The notes under the pieces: model-generated
Seen by the model: only the letters and a program-made list of their open reading frames with translations
Told to the model about the DNA's origin: nothing
The model's database searches: none
Translations under genes and position numbers: made by a program
Shown: one piece after another, positions 1 through 8,955 of the stretch
Layout: the number at the start of each line of letters is the position of its first letter
Numbering within the stretch: the stretch's first letter is position 1
Assembly: GCA_030747675.1 (NCBI GenBank)
Contig: JASLKH010000074.1
Coordinates: 1-33,408, forward strand
Reading direction: 5' to 3'
Source: Candidatus Thalassarchaeaceae archaeon
Lineage (GTDB): Archaea > Thermoplasmatota > Poseidoniia > Poseidoniales > Thalassarchaeaceae
DNA: 33,408 bases

Positions 1-76
1 CAAGCTTGGTCAACGGCGCTGGGTTTAGGTCCCAGTCCTCAGTGGTTCGCAGGTTCAAATCCTGCCCCCTGCACCA
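1..76 (+). tRNA. tRNA-Leu(TAG), 5' end truncated by window edge, CCA encoded
   Basis: Anticodon stem CTGGG(19-23)/CCCAG(31-35) with loop TT-TAG-GT; long variable arm (36-48); T-arm GCAGG-TTCAAAT-CCTGC (49-65); acceptor 3' strand CCCCTGC-A-CCA ending at 76. Confidence 0.95.
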
Positions 77-87
77 TCCCTGAACCA

Positions 88-732
88 CTATTGATTCGAA
101 TTTTCCTCACTAGCAGCAATTCGTGATGAACGAGTTACCACAAAATATCCGGCAATTGAAATCAACAAAAATCCAAGAGGTACCCCGTAGATTACCAGTT
201 TCCCTACTGGTTCCGAAATGGTCCCATTGACCCCTGTAAATGTGCCTGAAACTTGATTCCATTTATCTGCATCAGATGGCATTTCATCGCCATTAACAGT
301 GTTAACAGTTAATCGCCAGTCAACACTCAATGTATCATCAATTGGAGCAGTCCATGAGACGTTCCAATTTCTCTGATTATTTCCCTGAAGAGTATGGGTT
401 AATTGCGAATTTTCAATTAGTTCTGTATCATTGGATACTGGTGCAAGGAAACCGTAGAGGATCCAAAGGTTAAATCCAGCACTATTGGTGGCATTTTCAA
501 TAGGTTCAGCACCACCGCTGACCGATATAGAAAAAGTATAGGTTAGATTTGACTCATAATAATCAGGAATTCCTTGAATTGTGATTTCGACATCAGAAGA
601 ACTCACTGCGGAATGACATATGCAACCATTTTCAACATTTGCGATCCCATCTGGTTTGGATTGTACTCCTGGTAAATTTGTAGATAGCAAGAATGCAATA
701 ATTGCGAATAAAACAAATCGTCGCAAATACAT
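88..732 (-). CDS. Secreted, membrane-anchored Reeler-like (choice-of-anchor V-like) protein
   Basis: 214 aa; N-terminal signal peptide; GCICH motif; segments SAGFNL, THT, WNVSWTAP and NTVNGD typical of this family; C-terminal TM helix followed by a basic tail. Confidence 0.65.
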   Translation of the reverse strand: MYLRRFVLFAIIAFLLSTNLPGVQSKPDGIANVENGCICHSAVSSSDVEITIQGIPDYYESNLTYTFSISVSGGAEPIENATNSAGFNLWILYGFLAPVSNDTELIENSQLTHTLQGNNQRNWNVSWTAPIDDTLSVDWRLTVNTVNGDEMPSDADKWNQVSGTFTGVNGTISEPVGKLVIYGVPLGFLLISIAGYFVVTRSSRIAASEENSNQ

Positions 733-837
733 TATTTGACCGGACGTAGCATTATCTCATGAATCCTGTTATGTTTTGAGATGATAGGCGCGTGCTCCTT
801 GCCAAAGGGACAAAAGGCGAACCTTGCTTCGCGTAGT

Positions 838-2946
838 ATGAGCGACGTGAATGAATCCGCCGAAGGTGAGTTTCCTCCTGCGTCGCCAGACAGTTTGATT
901 CAGGAACTCGATGTAGATGGTTCTGGTTGGATTGAGTCAGATGAATTTGAAGAACAGAATCAAATTGATAAAGAATTACAGAAAATTTTTGATCGTAGAA
1001 ATGGTGCTGTGAGGCGTTTCCCCAGAGGTATTGAAGATTATGTTTTAATTTCTGGATTACTGTATGGCCTGCTGTTTTTCGGAACAATGTTTGCCATGAG
1101 TGCAGGAATGTTGGGCAATGGCGTTGAAATGGATGAAACACTTTCTGCAACGGTTCTTGATTTCGATGAATGTGACGATCCAGGCAACAATGTTTGGGTT
1201 AATGCGTGGATAGACGATTCTCATAACGTTCGTTTGGATGCATACAATGTACCAGATGAAGCTGGATTTACCAACATTCGATGGAAATTCTCTGATGGAT
1301 CTAATTGGATTACAGAAGAAAACTCCACTACGATAAAAATCGATTTTTCGGAATGGGATGATAGTGAATATGAGTTACTAGCCGAGTTCAATAATCATAC
1401 ATCACTTGAGAACTCTCAAAACTATTCAAATACATATACTACTTTGGCAAATAAAACTGTGAAATTAGAAGTTAGTTCATCCAGCCCAAGTATGGGATGG
1501 TTGCCATGGGTTTCTAATGCCCCGGTCAAAGATGCAGAGGTACTCAATGACGGACCTCGGGCTTGCTGGACTACATCAGAACTTGGGGGTTGGTCATGGA
1601 TTTTGATGGGGGCAGAATGGGGTGGTGGTCGTGAAACAGCAATGTTAGCGGGCGGCTCTGCAGGTGTCCCTCCATGGTGGATGGCCTTTATTTCACTATC
1701 AATGTCTATCTTTTTCTTGTTTGTTCAATACCCATTGATGTACCGGTTTTACCATAGAGAGGAAGATGATGAATTGTCCGACCCTCAACTAGCTCGTTTA
1801 ATTGAGCGGTCTGTGAAAAGTTGTGAGAAGAAATTGAGAATAGAGGTTGATTGGGATTCTTATCGTTATCAGCAACGAGATATTAGCATCGATGTCCTTG
1901 TTCCTTACAATACGACCATGGAGACATTCATTGACTCTAGAGACATACGTGGAGAAATTGTCACTAAAGTTCTAGATGAATTGAAGTCATATGGTGTGAT
2001 GAAGCCCCTTCATTTACAAGCTAATGCTGGCGATTCCAGACAAGGGATATTTGAATCTCTAAGAAAAGGACTTGACCCTTCTAAATTAGAGATTGAAAGT
2101 GGAGGTAACTACAATTCTTTAGTCGAGGACTATTCTAAATTCTTTGAGTCAGTAGGAACACTAGCAGGAGTAGAAGATCGTGCTATTGATGCAATCAAGG
2201 ATTGGTTCAAAGATTCAAACCTAATTGATAGGGGAAGTAAAGTTTACTCTGATGATTTACACCTTTACGTGCGTGTAATATACAAACCCAAGCAGAGATT
2301 AGCTTTCTTCCGATTCAAACAATCATATGTTGATGTTGAAGCTCAATTAGAGAATTTCATGTTACGTGAAATGAAGGGCCATATGGCCGAAAGAGAACTT
2401 GTTGTTAGTGCTAGAAATGAAGTTGGGACCCTTGCAGATAGATCAGCAGCAGGACGTGTTGAAGTATCCAAAGGCGGAGAGCATCAGGTATTGGTTGCTA
2501 AGCAAGAAGGATTAGTTGGCACAATTCTTCAAAATCAAGTTATGGGTGATGTATTATCAACGGTCGAATTTGTTGCCCATGAGAAAAGAGATTTCATCAA
2601 TAAATGGGGATTTTGGGGATTAATTGTTTTCGTTTGGATTCCATTTATGGCATCAGGAGTGCTTGTTGGTGCAATGCTAGGTTTGCTTAGCCGGATGAAG
2701 TTCATACGCGTTTTGATTGCCTGTGCGATAGGTGGTTTTGCAGCATCTATAACGTGGGCCTATACAGCGAGGGGAATCATCGAAGTTATGGAAAAATATC
2801 ATGCAGAGGCCTTGATACCTTGGATGATTGCAATTGTAGTAATTTTTGCTTTGGTCCATCTAAGAACAAGCAAAAGACGGCGAAGAGAAGCACTTTTCAA
2901 GGAAACTCAACAATTTTTCAGTGGTGTTTCTGAAACTGAATCCTAA
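838..2946 (+). CDS. Membrane protein: N-terminal EF-hand, extracellular domain and split small multi-drug export (PF06695/COG2426-like) domain
   Basis: Likely ATG at 838 (702 aa; ORF open from 781). EF loop DVDGSGWIESDE (910-945). C-terminal KWGFWGLIVFVWIPFMASGVLVGAMLG matches the PF06695 C-half; GGGRETAMLAGGSAGVPPWW resembles its N-half. Confidence 0.7.
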   Translation: MSDVNESAEGEFPPASPDSLIQELDVDGSGWIESDEFEEQNQIDKELQKIFDRRNGAVRRFPRGIEDYVLISGLLYGLLFFGTMFAMSAGMLGNGVEMDETLSATVLDFDECDDPGNNVWVNAWIDDSHNVRLDAYNVPDEAGFTNIRWKFSDGSNWITEENSTTIKIDFSEWDDSEYELLAEFNNHTSLENSQNYSNTYTTLANKTVKLEVSSSSPSMGWLPWVSNAPVKDAEVLNDGPRACWTTSELGGWSWILMGAEWGGGRETAMLAGGSAGVPPWWMAFISLSMSIFFLFVQYPLMYRFYHREEDDELSDPQLARLIERSVKSCEKKLRIEVDWDSYRYQQRDISIDVLVPYNTTMETFIDSRDIRGEIVTKVLDELKSYGVMKPLHLQANAGDSRQGIFESLRKGLDPSKLEIESGGNYNSLVEDYSKFFESVGTLAGVEDRAIDAIKDWFKDSNLIDRGSKVYSDDLHLYVRVIYKPKQRLAFFRFKQSYVDVEAQLENFMLREMKGHMAERELVVSARNEVGTLADRSAAGRVEVSKGGEHQVLVAKQEGLVGTILQNQVMGDVLSTVEFVAHEKRDFINKWGFWGLIVFVWIPFMASGVLVGAMLGLLSRMKFIRVLIACAIGGFAASITWAYTARGIIEVMEKYHAEALIPWMIAIVVIFALVHLRTSKRRRREALFKETQQFFSGVSETES

Positions 2947-2970
2947 ATATCAATCATCGTATCAGACTTG

Positions 2971-3000
2971 CGAAGGTAGTATAAGTCGCCTTTTACTACC
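2971..3000 (+). promoter_or_regulatory. Putative TATA box (TATAAG, 2980-2985) within an inverted repeat upstream of the ABC operon
   Basis: TATAAG lies about 22-27 nt before ATG 3007, consistent with a leaderless transcript; arms GGTAGTA (2975-2981) / TACTACC (2994-3000). Confidence 0.4.
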
Positions 3001-3006
3001 GATTTT

Positions 3007-3828
3007 ATGGCACTAATTTCGTTGCAGAATGTGAGTCGTTTTTATCACTCCGCAGGTGAAGAAGTTCGTGCCTTGGATGGAGTGAATCTCGAAATAGAAG
3101 AAGGTGAAGTAGTAATGTTACTTGGCCCTTCAGGATCTGGTAAAACAACTCTACTAAACATCATTTCAGCACTTGATAGCCCCACTAGTGGAGATTACAA
3201 GTTTGGGGGAAATGATGTCCCATCTGCATCCCATTCTCGCAAATTATTGCAAGCTTGGAAACGCTCTAAAGAACTTGAGAAAATGGCCAAATTCCGTCGA
3301 GAGAACATTGGATATATATTTCAATTTTTCAATTTATTAGGAGATTTGACAGTTTTAGAAAACGTCCTCTTATCTCAAGAGATCCATGGTGGCCGAAACC
3401 GGGACAGAGCTCTTGAAGTATTGGAGATGGTTGGTCTTGAAGGCCTTGAGAATAGATTCCCTTCAGAGTTATCTGGAGGTCAACAACAGAGGGTTGCTAT
3501 TGCAAGAAGTATAGCAAAATCCCCCCGGATATTATTGGGTGATGAACCCACAGGTAATCTTGATTCGAAAACCACTGAACAAGTGATGAGAGTTCTTGTG
3601 GACGCATGCCGTAAGGAAAAAATTACAGCGATTATTGTAACTCATGATTCAAGTTTGACTAAATTCGCCACACGTGTTATTGAGTTGGATTCTGGGAAAT
3701 TGGTTAGTGATGAATCCAAAGCACAAACAATTCTCGATACCACTTTGGATACTGCCAAGATGGTAGGTGGTGCAATCAAAAATGTGGTTGTAAATGCTCT
3801 TGAAAAGAGTAGAGTCTCTGAAGAATAG
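3007..3828 (+). CDS. ABC transporter ATP-binding protein, LolD/MacB family
   Basis: Walker A GPSGSGKT, Q-loop IFQFFNL, signature LSGGQQQR, Walker B ILLGDEPTGNLD, H-loop VTHD. Confidence 0.95.
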   Translation: MALISLQNVSRFYHSAGEEVRALDGVNLEIEEGEVVMLLGPSGSGKTTLLNIISALDSPTSGDYKFGGNDVPSASHSRKLLQAWKRSKELEKMAKFRRENIGYIFQFFNLLGDLTVLENVLLSQEIHGGRNRDRALEVLEMVGLEGLENRFPSELSGGQQQRVAIARSIAKSPRILLGDEPTGNLDSKTTEQVMRVLVDACRKEKITAIIVTHDSSLTKFATRVIELDSGKLVSDESKAQTILDTTLDTAKMVGGAIKNVVVNALEKSRVSEE

Positions 3829-3837
3829 GTGCTTGAA

Positions 3838-6273
3838 ATGTGGCTTTTAGTCAAGCGATTAATCCGTAATCAGATACGGAGTGGTATTCTTTCAGTTGCT
3901 TTCCTAGCCCTTGTTTTATTGTCAACATCTGTTTGTGTGATGATGTGGGAACACACGCGGAATTCAGAGTTGGTTTATGATGAGTTTTATGATGAAACAA
4001 ATCTTGCTGACATTGTAGTCGAAACATTGCCTGGTTGGAATTATAGTTCAACAAATTTAATTGATGCATGTCATATGTCAAGAGATAATTTTGTAGAAAC
4101 AGATTTGTCAGTCAATGCCTGTGAAACACGATATACCCATCGTGAGGAATTCATAACTCCGGGTGGTGACATTTCTATGATTGCATATGGCTTAGAACAG
4201 GATGCTTCCGTAAGTATTCCTTGGTTCGACACAGATTGGGGAGAATTGGCGGATGAGCCAGGGGAAGTGGTCATCGATCGTCATATGCAAAAGCAATTAG
4301 AAATTGACATAGGTGATGAAGTCATTCTGATTTTGAATGGAAAAGAAGTGGAAATGACGGTAACTGGTATTGCCAACCACCCTCATCATATATTCTATGC
4401 AGAAGATGGAGATATATTGATGATTGAAGGAACGTTGGCAATCGTATATCTTCCAATTGATCAACTTCTCAGTGAATTAAATCTCAGTGGAAATGAGCGA
4501 AATTCGATGTTAATCGATGTATCGGGGACTCCTGAATATGATCTTTTGGATACTACTTCTAATGAGGGCGAACTCTTAGACACATTGCGAGATGACCTGG
4601 AAAAATCGTTAGAAATTCAAGGGATTGAAAGAGTTACAATTACTGACCGCAGCTCAATTTGGAGTGTAGAAATAATGCGACAAGATTTGGAAGGAAATAA
4701 AGTATTCACTCCAATAATTTTAGTAATACTTGCAGGAATTTCAGCATTAGTTATTAGCATTAGTTTAGAACGCCTAGTCCGCCGTCAAAGTCGTGAAATT
4801 GCAGTATTGAGGGCCGAAGGAATTGATTCTAAATCATTGTTAATTTCTTATCTTTCAATTCCCGTTTTCTACGGTGTAATTGGTGGTATTTCAGGAATAT
4901 TCCTTGGCCAATATTTATCTGAATTGATGACTACTTGGTATTTCGATATTATTGCAGGGATGCCAGTTGTAACTACTCGACATTATGCTGACATTGCTTG
5001 GTATGTACTTACAATCGTATTGTTCATACTGGTTTTGTTTGGAATGTGGCCTGCCATACAAGCTGTCCGTCTGTCTCCTTTGGATGTGATGCGCAAACAA
5101 TCGGGGGCTCGTCCAAATTCCTTTGTCGCAATGATTACTGCTAAATTACCTCCAATAGCGGGATTAGGTTTTAGATCAACATTCCGAAATCCGCGTCGTC
5201 TATTAATGACAGTTTTCGCTCTTGGAATTGCCTTGATTTTAGTTAGTGGAATGACTATGATTACAGAGGGAATGAAACAATGGATAGATGAAACAAATCA
5301 AGCGGAAACTTGGGATTACAAGATATATTGCAATGTTTTAGATCATGATGATTTGGGTAATTGGGTTCAAGAAAATACTGATCGGTATGAGTCACAATGG
5401 GCTTTAGAAGTTCCAGCTAATGCTTCTGGTGATACACGAATTTTGACAATGAATGCAGTGCAAGGATTCAGTACCGATGGAATTTCAACAATGCATAAAT
5501 CAAGGCTTGTGGATGGAAGACTACCTTCTATTGGAGCAGAACCACCTGAGGCTGTGATTGATATCGGCGCTCATGAATATCTAGATGATTGGGATATTGG
5601 CGACAATGTAGTCATTAAAGTCGGTGTTACTGAATTGGAATTCCAAGTTGTAGGAATTGTCGATGAAGCATCTCGATCGATATGGGTTCACCATACAGAT
5701 GTCATGGGAGAATTAGGTTCGATAGGTGAATCACTTCACAATGTGCTTTACTTGCGTGAAAATAGTGAATTCAATGAAAATCCATTGGATTTGAATGGAG
5801 TGGAAAGTGTAATTTCAATGACTAACAAGGAAGAAATGGTTGAAGGTATGGAACAAAGTTGGGATTCACAAAAGAAATATTTTCTTGCATTCCAACTTGT
5901 TGGAGCAATTGTTGCATTTATTGTACTATTGAATACATTACTCATTAATTTAACAGAACATGATTCGGAATTTGCGACTTTAAGGATTCTTGGAGCATCT
6001 TCACCAAAACTGATGAAAGTCATGATGTTTGAACATCTTGCAATTGGAATTCTGGGTGGTATTCTTGGGTCTATTTGCTCCATTTTGGCTGCAGAGGCCA
6101 TGGGGGCCGGTTTCAGTAATTGGGCATTCACATTGAATGTCTCGATTCAGTGGGATATCGCTTTCTATACTGCATTAGGTGTTGTAATTGCAAGTCTTTC
6201 AGTAGTACCATTTGGAATATTTAGGGTTCGCGGTATGGACCTTGTTGAAAAGGCAAAAGCATACTCGGAGTGA
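3838..6273 (+). CDS. ABC transporter permease, FtsX/MacB/LolCE-like, two-repeat architecture
   Basis: Two repeats of TM + large extracellular domain + 3 TM; motifs RQSREIAVLRAEG and EFATLRILGAS. AGGTG RBS (3827-3831) lies 6 nt before ATG 3838 (ORF track starts at GTG 3829). Confidence 0.9.
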   Translation: MWLLVKRLIRNQIRSGILSVAFLALVLLSTSVCVMMWEHTRNSELVYDEFYDETNLADIVVETLPGWNYSSTNLIDACHMSRDNFVETDLSVNACETRYTHREEFITPGGDISMIAYGLEQDASVSIPWFDTDWGELADEPGEVVIDRHMQKQLEIDIGDEVILILNGKEVEMTVTGIANHPHHIFYAEDGDILMIEGTLAIVYLPIDQLLSELNLSGNERNSMLIDVSGTPEYDLLDTTSNEGELLDTLRDDLEKSLEIQGIERVTITDRSSIWSVEIMRQDLEGNKVFTPIILVILAGISALVISISLERLVRRQSREIAVLRAEGIDSKSLLISYLSIPVFYGVIGGISGIFLGQYLSELMTTWYFDIIAGMPVVTTRHYADIAWYVLTIVLFILVLFGMWPAIQAVRLSPLDVMRKQSGARPNSFVAMITAKLPPIAGLGFRSTFRNPRRLLMTVFALGIALILVSGMTMITEGMKQWIDETNQAETWDYKIYCNVLDHDDLGNWVQENTDRYESQWALEVPANASGDTRILTMNAVQGFSTDGISTMHKSRLVDGRLPSIGAEPPEAVIDIGAHEYLDDWDIGDNVVIKVGVTELEFQVVGIVDEASRSIWVHHTDVMGELGSIGESLHNVLYLRENSEFNENPLDLNGVESVISMTNKEEMVEGMEQSWDSQKKYFLAFQLVGAIVAFIVLLNTLLINLTEHDSEFATLRILGASSPKLMKVMMFEHLAIGILGGILGSICSILAAEAMGAGFSNWAFTLNVSIQWDIAFYTALGVVIASLSVVPFGIFRVRGMDLVEKAKAYSE

Positions 6274-6277
6274 TTTG

Positions 6278-7054
6278 ATGCGTCTTGTAACTTGGAATTT
6301 GAATGGTATTCGTGCAGCAATCCGTAAGGGTTTAGATGATTTTGTTGAAAGAATAAATCCAGATATTCTGTTGCTGCAAGAAGTCAGAGCCCTACCCGAG
6401 CAATTGCCAAAGGAGTGGACCCCGAAAATGGCGCACACACTAATGCATCCTGCTGAAAAGAAAGGCTATTCAGGAGTTGCAACTTGGGCGAATGAGTCAT
6501 TCACTGAAATGAGTCGCGGAATCGATACGGCACTTGATGCTGAAGATAAAGAAGGTCGTATGTTGCATACATATCACAATGGAATCCATTGTTTGAATTG
6601 CTATTTGCCAAGTGGGTCAAACAAAATTGAGAGGCAAATTTGGAAGGAGAGATGGATGGAAGACTTGCTTGAATGGGCACGTCCTTTCACAAAATTTGAC
6701 GAACCTGTTTTCCTTTGTGGCGACCTCAACATCGCTCACACAGAAGATGACATCTGGAACCCAGTTGGGAACAAAAAAATGAGTGGTTTTCTACCTCAAG
6801 AACGCGAATGGTTCGACCGTTTACTTACTTCCGGTTGGAATGATTTGTTACGTATCAGTGTCGGCCCAGGAAAGGGCCCTTACTCATGGTGGTCTAACAG
6901 AGGTCAAGCACGAGAGAAAGATCGAGGTTGGAGGATTGACTATGTTTTGGCAAATGCTGCAGCAGCCCCTTTTCTACAACGCGCATCAGTCATGCGTGAA
7001 GGTGGGTTAGTTGTCAGTGACCACGCACCTGTAATCGTTGATTTGGACCTTTGA
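6278..7054 (+). CDS. xth: Exodeoxyribonuclease III / AP endonuclease
   Basis: MRLVTWNLNGIRAA, LQE, GYSGVA, GDLNIAH, YSWWS, GWRIDY, SDHAPV: all EEP/Xth catalytic motifs present. Start ATG 6278, 4 nt after the permease stop. Confidence 0.95.
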   Translation: MRLVTWNLNGIRAAIRKGLDDFVERINPDILLLQEVRALPEQLPKEWTPKMAHTLMHPAEKKGYSGVATWANESFTEMSRGIDTALDAEDKEGRMLHTYHNGIHCLNCYLPSGSNKIERQIWKERWMEDLLEWARPFTKFDEPVFLCGDLNIAHTEDDIWNPVGNKKMSGFLPQEREWFDRLLTSGWNDLLRISVGPGKGPYSWWSNRGQAREKDRGWRIDYVLANAAAAPFLQRASVMREGGLVVSDHAPVIVDLDL

Positions 7055-7055
7055 A

Positions 7056-7072
7056 TCGACCCGTAGGGTCGA
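7056..7072 (+). other. Perfect 7-bp intergenic hairpin TCGACCC-GTA-GGGTCGA
   Basis: Read directly; lies between the xth stop (7054) and the aroA' start (7107). Confidence 0.8.
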
Positions 7073-7106
7073 AGAGGATTGAAATGCAACACCACTTGGG
7101 CGAGGT

Positions 7107-7895
7107 ATGGAGGATGAGTTATCTGCGAGGATTTCACGCCTTTTCCCAAACGGAAGAGGTGTTTGGATTCCGATGGACCATGGGATATCCAGCTATCCTG
7201 AAAAGGGCCTTGATAAAATGGATACAGTCATCGATTCAATCATTGCAGGCGGAGCAGACGCAATAGTTTGTCAGAAAGGTGTTCTAACTAGCCAATATTC
7301 TCGTACAAATTGGGATGGATTTGTTTGCCATCTATCGGTTTCAACTGTCCATGGTGGTTCGAATTCCCAAAATAAAATTAAAGTTGGAACAGCGAAAGAA
7401 GCACTTTCACGTGGCGCAGTCGGTGTTTCTGGCCAAGTCAATCTTGGCGATAAAAATGAACCTGAAATGATTCTTGATATGGGGGAACTAACTAGTGAAG
7501 CACATGATGAAAAAATGCCTGTTTTGGGTATGATCTATCCTAGAGGGCCTAATCTTGTTAATATCCCTGGGGATTTGACTAATGGAATTGCTCACGCGGC
7601 CCGAGTTGCTTACGAATTGGGTTGTCATGCAGTGAAAGTACCTTGGACCGGTTCCGCCGAAATTTTTCGTGATGTTTGCTCTGCAGTTCCCATTCCAGTG
7701 CTAATTGCAGGGGGGACTAGTAGCGGTGATTTCGTTGAGACTTTACACGTAGTCGAGGCTGCAATATCTGCTGGTGCTAGTGGAGTGTGTATGGGGCGTC
7801 AAGTATTCGGTGCGGAGGACCCAGAAAGGTGTGTTAAAGCACTAAGAGCGATTATTCACCATGGCAAAAATGCGATAGAAGCCTGGGAGGTGTAA
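7107..7895 (+). CDS. aroA': 2-amino-3,7-dideoxy-D-threo-hept-6-ulosonate synthase (DhnA-type class I aldolase)
   Basis: PMDHG, MIYPRGP and AYELGCHAVK (Schiff-base Lys) motifs, IAGG, MGRQVF; directly upstream of dehydroquinate synthase II. Confidence 0.85.
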   Translation: MEDELSARISRLFPNGRGVWIPMDHGISSYPEKGLDKMDTVIDSIIAGGADAIVCQKGVLTSQYSRTNWDGFVCHLSVSTVHGGSNSQNKIKVGTAKEALSRGAVGVSGQVNLGDKNEPEMILDMGELTSEAHDEKMPVLGMIYPRGPNLVNIPGDLTNGIAHAARVAYELGCHAVKVPWTGSAEIFRDVCSAVPIPVLIAGGTSSGDFVETLHVVEAAISAGASGVCMGRQVFGAEDPERCVKALRAIIHHGKNAIEAWEV

Positions 7896-8944
7896 TGATG
7901 GAATTGTGGTTAGATGCTGCTAGTTTTCCAAATTCAGAGATAATGCCGTGTCCAGCTGAACGAGTTTTACTTGCGAGGGGAGATTCTATCCCCTCTTGGG
8001 TGGATAACCCCCTATTCGCATGTGATGATGGTAGAATATTGGATATTCAGGATGCCCCTATTGGAGCCCATGTTGACATTGGAGATTCGGAAGGTCAAGA
8101 TGCAGCAAAATCTCTAGTTGGTATGGTCAAGTGGTTGGTTTTGACAACAGGTGATTGGCAGATGATTCCATTGGAAAACCTCGTTGCAACAGCTCAGGGC
8201 AGTGGTACAATGCTTGTTGCTAGGATTAACAGTAAAAATACTGCAAGAGGGGCTGGATTTGCCCTACAAACTGGAGTTGATGCATTGTTACTACCCCCTG
8301 ATAACGAAGAGATTTGGGCAGAAGCTCAAGATGTTGCAGCAGAGAGATTGGCGTTACGCAGTAATGCTGAGGAAAGTGCATTTGAAGACGAAAACTCGGA
8401 ATTGGTATCTGTGGAAGTGTTATCCATTGAAGATGGAGGAGTAGGAGATCGTATTTGTGTAGACTTAACTTCAAGTTTGAAATTAGGAGAAGGTTTGCTC
8501 ATAGGTTCATCTGCATCCGCATTAACTTTGGTTCACGGAGAAACTATGGCAAGTGAATTTGTGCCATCGCGCCCATTTCGAGTCAATGCAGGAGCAGTTC
8601 ATGCATACGTGCAAATGGGAAATGGTTCTACAAAATATCTTTGCGAACTTGTTGCAGGGGATGAAGTTACTGTATGTGATTGTAATGGCAACATATCTAC
8701 GGCAATCGTTGGTCGATTAAAGATAGAGTCTCGTCCGTTTTTAATTGTAAGATTTCGACATTCTGAATCAGGTATTATTGGGCAAACATTCCTTCAACAA
8801 GCAGAAACTGTACGACTGATTTCTTCAAATGGAGGTGCACGTTCCGTCACTGAGTTAACAAAGGGTGAAATGTTGCTTGCCATGGTGGGAACAAGCGCTA
8901 GACATATCGGGAAGAACGTCTTGTCGAAGGTTGAGGAGCGTTAG
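7895..8944 (+). CDS. aroB': 3-dehydroquinate synthase II (oxidative deaminating)
   Basis: WxxIPLENLVA, GDRICVDLTS, SRPFRVNAGAVHAY, GRLKIESRP and QQAETVRL motifs; GGAGGTG RBS (second ATG at 7898 is an alternative start). Confidence 0.92.
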   Translation: MMELWLDAASFPNSEIMPCPAERVLLARGDSIPSWVDNPLFACDDGRILDIQDAPIGAHVDIGDSEGQDAAKSLVGMVKWLVLTTGDWQMIPLENLVATAQGSGTMLVARINSKNTARGAGFALQTGVDALLLPPDNEEIWAEAQDVAAERLALRSNAEESAFEDENSELVSVEVLSIEDGGVGDRICVDLTSSLKLGEGLLIGSSASALTLVHGETMASEFVPSRPFRVNAGAVHAYVQMGNGSTKYLCELVAGDEVTVCDCNGNISTAIVGRLKIESRPFLIVRFRHSESGIIGQTFLQQAETVRLISSNGGARSVTELTKGEMLLAMVGTSARHIGKNVLSKVEER

Positions 8945-8955
8945 GGGGATCGAAA

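Noticed and set aside
49-76. tRNA-Leu 3' end as an integration (att) site
   Set aside because: No second copy of the tRNA 3' end and no integrase seen in the window.
7051-7266. 71-aa ORF between xth and aroA'
   Set aside because: Overlaps aroA' by 160 nt in another frame and has no recognisable features.
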